From: Histomonas meleagridis 2922-C6/04-290x
Lineage: Eukaryota; Protista; Parabasalia
Direction of reading: 5' to 3'
Assembly: GCA_020184695.1 (NCBI GenBank)
Contig: JAANOX010000192.1
Location: 1-64,000, forward strand
Length of the DNA stretch: 64,000 nt
The notes under the pieces were generated by a model, which worked only from the letters and a program-made list of their open reading frames with translations, was not told where the DNA came from and did no database searches. The stretch's first letter is position 1. Each line of letters opens with the position of its first letter. Below, piece after piece: positions 32,762 through 41,501 of the stretch. Position numbers and translations under genes: made by a program.

Positions 32762-34710
32762 ATGTCAGCTATAGGTATTGATTTAGGTACAACATACAGT
32801 TGTGTCGGTGTTTTCAGACATAATCGTGTTGATATTATAGCAAATGATATGGGTAATCGTACAACACCGTCTTATGTTGCATTTACAGAAGATGAAAGAC
32901 TTGTTGGTGATGCTGCGAAGAACCAAGCAGCCATGAATCCAACAAACACAGTATTTGATGCCAAGCGTATGATTGGCCGTAAGTTTAGTGATCCAGTTGT
33001 TCAAAAAGATATGCAACATTGGCCATTCAAAGTTGTTCGCGGTGAAGCAGATCGTCCAAGAATTCCAAGTCCAATGGAAAGGTGAAACAAAACAATTTTT
33101 ATCCAGAAGAAATCTCAGCTATGGTGTTAGGTAAAAATGAAAGAAATTGCCGAAAGTCAACTTACAGACAAAGTCAAAGATGCAGTTATTACAGTTCCAG
33201 CATATTTCAATGATGGTCAACGTCAAGCCACAAAAAGATGCCGGTGTCATAGCCGGATTAAATGTATTACGTATTATTAATGAGCCAACAGCCGCCGCAA
33301 TTGCATTTTGGTCTTAACGAAAAATCCGATAAAGAGCGTCATGTTCTTATTTTCGATCTTGGCGGCGGTACATTTGATGTTTCATTACTTGATATCGATG
33401 GCGGCATGTTCGAAGTGCGTGCCACAGCAGGCGATACACATCTTGGCGGCGAAGACTTTGATAATCGTATGGTTAATTACTTTGCAGATCGATTCCAGAA
33501 GAAGTTCAAATGCGATTTAAGACAATCGCCACGTGCACTCCGTACATTACGCACAGCATGCGAACGAGCTAAGCGAACATTATCCACAGCCACATCCGCA
33601 TCAATTGTTTGTGATTCATTATATGAAGGCCACGACTTCATGGATAACATTTCACGTGCAATGTTCGAGAACTTAAATGACGAATTATTCAGATCGACGA
33701 TGACACCAGTTGCACAAGTATTAAGGGATGCAAATATGTCGAAGTCAGATGTCACTGATATAGTTTTAGTCGGAGGTTCATCACGTATTCCACGTGTCCA
33801 ACAATTGCTACAAGACTTCTTCAATGGCAAGCAGCCATGCCGTGGCGTTGATCCGGATGAAGCAGTTGCATATGGCGCAGCAGTCCAAGCAGCAATTATC
33901 AAAGGCGATACATCAGATACAGTGAAAGATATTTTGTTGTTAGATGTTGCACCACTTTCATTAGGTATCGAAACAGCTGGCGGAATGATGACAGTGCTCA
34001 TTCCACGTAACACAACAATTCCAGCGAAGAAGTCAAATGTCTTCACGACATTCTCAGATAATCAGCCCGCAGTAACAATCAAAGTTTATGAAGGAGAACG
34101 TTCGCGAACATGCGACAACAACTTACTCGGTACATTCGATTTAACAGGCATTCCGCCAGCACCACGCGGCGTACCACAGATTGAAGTTACATTCGATGTT
34201 AACGCGGATGGTATTATGAACGTTTCAGCACAAGATAAGTCGACAGGTAACGTGAAGAAGATTACGATTAAGAATGAGAAAGGACGTCTTTCACAAGCAG
34301 ATATCGACAAAATGGTTGCAGACGCAGAGAAGTACAAAGCACAAGATGAAGAAGTACGAAAGAAAGTCGAAGCGAAGAACGCACTCGAAGGATACTGCTT
34401 CGGCGTACGCAACTCATTAAATCAAGAACAATTCGCTAACGCATTGTCACAATCAGATAAGGACACAATCAACAGAGAAATCAACGACACGCTCGCATGG
34501 ATCGAGTCTAACCAAGACGCAGACGTCACTACAATCGAAGCAAAGCAGAAGGAGCTCGAAGGCAAACTAATGCCAATTATGCAAGCGGCTTATCAACATG
34601 CAGCAGGCGGCGCACAAGGCGGAATGCCAGGCGCGAACATGCAAGGAGGAAGTGGACCATCAGCAAATAGTGGACATTCATCAGGACCACGTGTTGAAGA
34701 AGTCGATTAA
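32762..34710 (+). CDS. HSP70: Cytosolic Hsp70 (five single-base homopolymer insertions at 33065-33309 in this sequence)
   Basis: [29 protein letters not shown] and C-terminal EEVD. Removing 5 extra bases gives a 647-aa ORF. Confidence 0.95.
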
Positions 34711-35489
34711 ATGAATGAATAAAATGTAATACAATGAATAATTTTATATATTTATTTTATTAAATATTCATTTTAAATTTTAACATTGCAATTGTTTTGG
34801 AATGAAAATGTTATTAATAATTTGGAATTGAAAAATTATCTCTGGTGTTTGTTTTTGGCTATATAAATAAAAAAAATTGTCACATAATTTTAATTATATA
34901 TCAAATAAAAGATTTTAAAAAAAATATTATGCATTTATAGTTAAAATATTTCTCTTAGATTTCATTAAGATATAAATTATAAATTTCTGTGTATGTGTCG
35001 TGATGACACTGTCGTCTAAAATCTATACTAAAATGGATGCTATTAGTATTAGCTAGTAATATTAACGTGTAAAATATCATCTATTGGAATGTAATTCTTT
35101 CAGATCTTAAATATAAATAGGTATCTTTGCTCATATGCATTTGTAAATTATATTTTATATTGATGGAGATAATAGAAAGCTTTTATTATGATAATAAAAA
35201 ATTAATTACATAATTCTATAAAATCAGAAGGATTAAATTATATTATTTTCTTTAATGGCACCAAAATATCCAATACTCCTTTATCTCCTGAGATCTAAAT
35301 TAGCCCATTTTCTATTTCCATTCGAATGGAAGATCTTTTTCTTGAAGCACATTCAAGAATGAATATGATTTGCCTTTCATTTTCAGAAAGTTGATTTAGG
35401 CATTTCATTTATATTTGAATTCAACTTTTATTATCACCATATAAAGCCAATTTTAACAAATCAAGTAACCATTAAATAAGTATTTTTGA

Positions 35490-36350
35490 CATTTCTTGTG
35501 TTTCTGATAATAAAGAACTTTTCAAATACTTAATCAATGAGAAAATTATTGGATGTTTTGAAAAAGAAAAACATTTTATATTTTTATTAAATGTTTATAT
35601 CAATGATTTAATATTTGATAATAATATTTGTTTTCTGATAATATTTGAAAGCTGTTTAAATTATTTGAAACGCCGCTTATATTTGCATCTCTGAAAAATC
35701 ATATAGATATTGTTAGATTTCTTATTAAACAATAAGGGACTGATATTAATGCAAAAATAATTTATTTGCGTTAGTTATAATTTATTATATTTAATTAAGG
35801 TATTAAAAAAATATTTGGAATTTATTAAAAATATTTAATACGGCTCTTGACATGGCATTTTTATGCGATAATACCCAAATTGTTAAGTTACTTCTTAAAC
35901 AAGAATGAATTAATATTAATTCTTAAGATATTTTAATATCTTATTCATTATTTATTTTAACTATTTTTTGTTTTGAAAAAATATTTGGAATTTATATAAA
36001 ATATTTAACACACCACTTATTGTTGCCTGTAAATCTTTTAATGTAAAAGCTGTTAAATTACTTCTTGAGCAAAAAGGAATTGATATTAATGAGTATCTCA
36101 AGATATTAATTTTAAATATTTTATATTTCAAAATAATATTTGGAAATTCATTTGCTTTCAATGTTCAAGATATTTATTTATTTTGTTTAAAGCTTATTTT
36201 AATAATTTTATATTCTAAATTAATATTTGGAAACTTTTAAAATTTTTTGATACGGCACTCGTATATGCAGCGAAATGTGGCTTTGAAGAAATAGTAAAAT
36301 TTCTTCTTGACCATGAAATAAACGATGAAGCTATTGCTAAAAAGGTTGAA
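35490..36350 (+). pseudogene. Decayed ankyrin-repeat array carrying the same inserts
   Basis: ETPLIFAS, NTALDMAF, NTPLIVAC and DTALVYAA repeats start at 35670, 35840, 36010 and 36252, with ATAATATTTGGAA-type inserts. Stops occur inside the ankyrin codons (KQ*G, QE*I). Confidence 0.8.
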
Positions 36351-36646
36351 TTATTTTATTTATTATTCATTTTAATAAATTCAAATTTGTTCATTCAACG
36401 TTTAATCATTTGTTTACAAAATTACTTGTGCTTGATACTACGCTAACAGGAATATGTAATGATAATGGTGCTAATGATTGTTCTCGTTTTATGAATCACA
36501 TATAGTATTAATACATTAATTAGCTGCTTCACGTGTTTTTGTTCCAACAATTTCTGGTAAGAAAACTATTCAACATTTCATCATAATTTTCTGTATTTGT
36601 AATAATATTAAATTAATTTAATAACTAAAATTTATTTCCTTAAAAA

Positions 36647-36710
36647 GACCGTTAAAGTGTAACGGTTTGTATTCATTACCAACGGTTACGACGGTTATGG
36701 TCTTCCCTTT
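36647..36710 (+). promoter_or_regulatory. Four M3 (Myb-like DRCSGTTD) motifs plus M5 (CCTTT) core promoter
   Basis: GACCGTTA 36647, AACGGTTT 36661, AACGGTTA 36681, GACGGTTA 36690 and CCTTT 36706-36710, which ends 4 nt before the ATG. This is the arrangement known from T. vaginalis ribosomal-protein promoters. Confidence 0.75.
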
Positions 36711-36714
36711 TCTC

Positions 36715-37116
36715 ATGCAGATCTTCGTCAAGACACTCACCGGAAAGCATATTACTCTTGAAGTTGAACCAACTGATCGTATTGAAGATGTTAAATCCAA
36801 GATCCAAGATAAGGAAGGTATTCCACCAGATCAACAACGTTTAATTTTTGCAGGTAAGCAATTAGAAGATGGCAACACACTTCAAGATTATTCCATTCAG
36901 AAGGATTCCACACTCCACCTTGTTCTCCGTCTTCGTGGAGGTGGTGGTAAGGATAGCTACGAACCATCACTTCGTCTTCTTGCAGAAAAGACAAATGTTC
37001 AACGTAGAATTTGCCGTAAGTGCTATGCTCGTCTTTCAGCACGTGCTGAACAATGCCGCCATAAGCGTTGTGGCCATTGCAAGAAGATCCGCGCTAAGAA
37101 GGCAGGAAAGGATTAA
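36715..37116 (+). CDS. UBA52: Ubiquitin-60S ribosomal protein eL40 fusion
   Basis: [11 protein letters not shown]...LRLRGG followed by [10 protein letters not shown]...ICRKCYARL...CGH. The true start is MQIF at 36715. Confidence 0.97.
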   Translation: MQIFVKTLTGKHITLEVEPTDRIEDVKSKIQDKEGIPPDQQRLIFAGKQLEDGNTLQDYSIQKDSTLHLVLRLRGGGGKDSYEPSLRLLAEKTNVQRRICRKCYARLSARAEQCRHKRCGHCKKIRAKKAGKD

Positions 37117-37173
37117 ATACTAAAATTCATTTGAGAGCAATTTTTTCTGTCTTTTTGTTTTTATTCAATTTTT

Positions 37174-38055
37174 ATGGCATTCCACTTTATTCACAAATTT
37201 CCCCTTCCAATGGAGGACTTAAGGAAAAAAATTGCATCATTTAAAACAGATTATAATGATTTTTTGGTCGAATTAACAAGTGTAACAACAGACCTTAGAA
37301 TTGGAAGCTCACCATCACCAAAAAAAATTACTGAAATTTTGAAAAAAGCAAATGAATATATTGAAACAATTGATAATTTAATAGGTTTGTCAATGCAATA
37401 TGCTTCTACAGATTCTGACTTACAAAGTTCATTCATTGAATTAATGGTAAGTTACCGACCAAGATTAGAATGCGAGATGAATCAATTACAATTTGCAAAA
37501 GAACATCCTTCTGCTCCAAACGAAGACCTTTATAATCACGAATTTGATGTATTGACTAATGGTCATGGAGATGAGATTTTAAGAGAAATTTCTCGCGAAA
37601 CAGAAAAAATTAAACGACTTAAAAATGGAGAATCTAATGAACTGTTTGATATACAAGAAAAAATGATGCAACAAGAAAAACAAATTCCAATCAATTTGAA
37701 TTTGACTGTTGATCAACAGATACCAATTCAAAGCGTAGAACAACCTCATCAACCCGAACCAACCGGTTTTCTTGATACTGATGAAGAAGAGGAAGAAGCA
37801 GAAGATTCAAAACCAAATTATAAGGATGATTATGAATTTCCAATTATTCTGGAAGAAGAATTTCTTGTTTCTCTCAAAGAAAAAGCGAAAAATCCGTCAA
37901 GCAAAAGCGAAGAATCTTCTGATTCTGATGTACAAAAAGAAAAACTTCAGAGGGATTTATTAAATTCTTTTTTGGGAATTAATGAAGAAGAGGAAGAAGA
38001 AGAAGAAGAAAAAGAAAAAGATAAAACAACAGAAAGCGAAAGTAAAGAAAATTAA
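37174..38055 (+). CDS. Hypothetical acidic protein
   Basis: 293-aa ATG ORF with a helical N-half and Glu-rich C-half. Confidence 0.7.
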   Translation: MAFHFIHKFPLPMEDLRKKIASFKTDYNDFLVELTSVTTDLRIGSSPSPKKITEILKKANEYIETIDNLIGLSMQYASTDSDLQSSFIELMVSYRPRLECEMNQLQFAKEHPSAPNEDLYNHEFDVLTNGHGDEILREISRETEKIKRLKNGESNELFDIQEKMMQQEKQIPINLNLTVDQQIPIQSVEQPHQPEPTGFLDTDEEEEEAEDSKPNYKDDYEFPIILEEEFLVSLKEKAKNPSSKSEESSDSDVQKEKLQRDLLNSFLGINEEEEEEEEEKEKDKTTESESKEN

Positions 38056-38358
38056 CTACTGTAATTAATTATGGTTCTAATTGAATCTCAACTTTTTTTA
38101 ATTTTCTTTTTATTGCTTTTTATTCAATTTACTTCAAAAACATGAACACAAAATGACATGAAAATTTATATTTTCTATTGTGATTTTGAATGTTCGATGA
38201 AGGAACAACTATATATCCAAACATTAGTTGGTTAACTCAAACTTAGGTAGTGTTTCGTTTTTAAATAGAAGAAGATTTAGTCGAATTTGATTTCAAATCG
38301 ATTATGATTTACAAAAAAAGAAATACTTTAAAAGGGAAGTTTATGTTAACCATGAAAT

Positions 38359-38535
38359 TTACTCTTTGTCTTCCTTCTTCTTGTTTAATCCTGCTTTAGC
38401 ACGCTTGACATTGCGGAGGAATTTGCTATTCATTCCCTTAGTGAACCAAAGTTGAACATTCCTGGCCTTCTTGATTCCATTGCGATGCCATTGGTGGCTT
38501 CTGTTATGTGCTGATGTATTGCTTCTCTTGGCCAT
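38359..38535 (-). CDS. RPL29: 60S ribosomal protein eL29 (58 aa, below the ORF-track cutoff)
   Basis: Manual translation MAKRSNTSAHNRSHQWHRNGIKKARNVQLWFTKGMNSKFLRNVKRAKAGLNKKKEDKE matches the eL29 motifs HN...HRNGIKK...KFLRN. Confidence 0.92.
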   Translation of the reverse strand: MAKRSNTSAHNRSHQWHRNGIKKARNVQLWFTKGMNSKFLRNVKRAKAGLNKKKEDKE

Positions 38536-38541
38536 GTTAAA

Positions 38542-38565
38542 AAAGGACGGCCAATTTTAACCGCC
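38542..38565 (-). promoter_or_regulatory. M3 + M5 core promoter of RPL29
   Basis: Minus strand reads GGCGGTTA...CCTTT-TTTAAC-ATG. Confidence 0.7.
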
Positions 38566-38994
38566 AATAAAACAGTTATCAATTCAATTAATATGTTAGA
38601 GTTCTATCGTCCACGTCGAGCAAAAAGTGACGTTCTGCTTGTGAAGAAGCAAATAAGTTTTATAAATATATGTATTTAGAGAGAACCATCTCAGAATTTT
38701 TTTTTTTGATCAAATAACATTATCTTTCGAAAAAATTGATATTGCAGAAAATAGTTATATTAAATATTCATATGCATATGGAAAAAAGTGGAAAAAAATA
38801 ATAAATTTTTATACGATTCTATAAGAGAAAGGCATCCAAAGGTCCAAGACCAATATTGTAAACGCCAATAACAAATCAATGAAATATGATAATATATCAA
38901 TTCTAAATTCTTCAATATATTTATTTTTGTGGTGAAGATCAGCCAACATTTGAAATAAAGTGTTTTTTTAGAAAGTTACAGCAGATAATGTTGA

Positions 38995-39290
38995 ATGCAT
39001 CATCTATTAATTCATCTTCAAAAGCTTATACAGAAATCATTAAGTTGCTTCTTGCACAAGGAATTGATATTATTGCTAAAGACACTTATTTGTTTTGTTT
39101 AGAATATATTTAATAATATTATATTTCAAATAATATTTGGAAATTGTTTAAAATTATTTAAAACAATACTTATATGTGCAAATAGTCATGCAGAAATAGT
39201 TAAATTACTTTTTGAACAAATAGGGATTTTTATTTGTTTTATTTCATATTAATTTTTAAAATTTCATGTTTTAAAGTGGTATTTGGAAAT
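38995..39290 (+). pseudogene. Orphan two-repeat ankyrin fragment with inserts
   Basis: SSKAYTEIIKLLLAQGIDIIAKDT, then an insert of about 67 nt starting ATTTGT, then KTILICANSHAEIVKLLFEQ and a second, partial insert. Confidence 0.7.
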
Positions 39291-39390
39291 GATGCGCCAA
39301 TAAAGTACGTTAAGAGCAGTTATTTGACAGATTTTGAGTGCAACCAAAAAATAAACGTCAATTGAATTTTTCATGTAAAGTTATTAAAAC

Positions 39391-40239
39391 ATGGCGGGTT
39401 GTTCAAATTGTTCCCGCGCTGGTTATTACATCAAAATGGGTCTTCCTGTACAGCGTTTCCTGAAATTTCCTGCACGAAAAGAAGAAAGGCCATCAGGAAA
39501 GTCTGATTTAAGTTTGCTTTGGGAAAGGTCTCTTGCACCTTCACCAATATCATCACCAATCCCAAAAATTTCAGGAACTTCTAGAGCAGTATCAAATGAT
39601 ATTTTTGCTCTACTGGCAGCAACAAAAAGAGAAGATACCCCAAGAAAGAAATTGTTTTGTCCACAAACATTAATTGTTCCACCAACGCCAAAGAAAATGC
39701 CAGCTCCTGTTTTAGAATTACTTTACAAAAGTGTCTCTATAATGACAAATAGAAGGTTTGATGTTCCAGAAAAAATTTCTCAAAAAATAACATATTCATT
39801 TTTTGGCGGTGAATACCAAGAAGCTGCATGGAATAACTTCAAAACAATTTTGAATTATGCTGAGTGTTCAGTAGTTTCGACACCTACCATGATTTTTTTA
39901 TTTTGTGATGGAGTTGTAAAAGGAAAAGCAATAACAGGAACTGCTCTTAAAAGATTAGAAAGTGCTTCTGACAATCTCCCACTAATTCCTATGGAAGCTG
40001 CGATTAGTATTATTGATGATATTTTTTTGAAAGAAAGATTGAATCTTTTTTCAACAAAAGAATTCCATTATAGTACTGTCATGCCGGTATCTATATCTTA
40101 CTCTGAGTACCACACATCAAATGGTAAGAAATTTAGGACGATTGTTACAGGTCATATTTTCCCATTTGAAATCGATATTATAAATGAAGAGAAAAATAAT
40201 TATGAATCTTTCACAATCCAATCATCTGCGTTTCAATAA
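39391..40239 (+). CDS. Hypothetical protein
   Basis: 282-aa ATG ORF. No domain recognised. Confidence 0.7.
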   Translation: MAGCSNCSRAGYYIKMGLPVQRFLKFPARKEERPSGKSDLSLLWERSLAPSPISSPIPKISGTSRAVSNDIFALLAATKREDTPRKKLFCPQTLIVPPTPKKMPAPVLELLYKSVSIMTNRRFDVPEKISQKITYSFFGGEYQEAAWNNFKTILNYAECSVVSTPTMIFLFCDGVVKGKAITGTALKRLESASDNLPLIPMEAAISIIDDIFLKERLNLFSTKEFHYSTVMPVSISYSEYHTSNGKKFRTIVTGHIFPFEIDIINEEKNNYESFTIQSSAFQ

Positions 40240-40828
40240 ATTGTTTTCGACTGTATAGTATTCATTTGATTCAAAACTGTTGTATGAGTTTTTTAAGCTT
40301 ATAAACCTCCAAAGATAAAGCTAAATGATGTATGAAATATGTTAAAATGAAATATATTTAATGTTTAAAAAAAATCCATCTTTAAACGAAAAAAAAAATT
40401 ATGATTTCTATATAATCTAAGTTTTCATGAAGAGTTAAATTTTTAATAATGATATCATAATATTTAATAATGGTTTTTGGTATTTTCTAACAAACTTCAG
40501 TTGATCAACCTATATATTGTGAAGAACATATTGAGAAATACACATATCTTTAGAAACGCAACATTTCCTTTAAATAAAGATAAATATTTTAGTTGTTGAG
40601 AAATTTTATGTTTGAAAAAGTTTGAGATGGTCATTTAATGTATTTACTCGTTTGAAATTGCGCTTTTGTTAATGCTTTTGTGTAAAATATCTCATAGGAA
40701 TTTGAAATCAATGTTATAATATGTGCAGTACGAACATTATAAAAGCATTTGATCTCAATGGGTTTTTATTATAAAAATATATACACATAAAACTTTTACG
40801 TACATAAATGCAGAACACAAATTTTTGG

Positions 40829-41417
40829 CACAGAAAATGGACACCTCCACAAAGAACCTCAGCGATGAAGGAGGCTTCACGCCATGTCTTGCGATCAAAG
40901 ACGCCATCTAAGGATATCCGCAGCGTCTGAGTTCTCTGACGAAGAAACTAAACTCTGCGAAGTGGAGATAGTTGTCAAGAAGTCGGCGACGAAATGATCT
41001 AATATTGGGCTAACCTCATAGCGAAGCACCCATGCATTGTCTCAATCGAAGATGGTCTTCAAGAAAATGACTATATACATTGGAAAGAACTCAACGCAAC
41101 ACTCGTCAAAAAGGTGCAACTCGTCGGCGATGACCTATACACATCAAACCCAAAGACAATCGAAGGAAAATATTGCAACGCGTTGTTACTTAAGGTAAAC
41201 CAAATCTGTACTATCTCAGATGTTATGTATGCGGCGAAGCTCATGAAATTGACGCCGGACAAAACATAGTATTAAATCATAAATCGCTGATATTGCCGTA
41301 TTGGTGTACAACAAATTAATACCGGATCTACAGCATGTGGAGAATGTATTGAGAAGTACAAATATCTTCTTCAAATTCTACGAATATCTTAAGGAACACG
41401 ATATTCTCGAGGAATAA
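40829..41417 (+). pseudogene. ENO: Enolase pseudogene (C-terminal half with deletions, stops and frameshifts)
   Basis: KNLSDEGGFTPCL, IVSIEDGL, VQLVGDDLYTSN, NALLLKVNQI and C-terminal EYLKEHDILEE*, with internal TAA codons. Confidence 0.9.
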
Positions 41418-41501
41418 AGATAAACGTTTTGATTGATGAGAAATTTTATGTTTATGTAATATTTGAGTTGGCAAATGAAAGCATTTATTAGATACAGTGC
41501 T

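Noticed and set aside
33477-34412. Antisense ORFs within Hsp70 (and similar shadow ORFs in NAC-alpha, serpin and USP)
   Set aside because: Expected by-products of biased codon usage on the coding strand.
34990-35110. GTGATGA box C-like motif
   Set aside because: No box D (CTGA) or terminal stem at a suitable distance on that strand.
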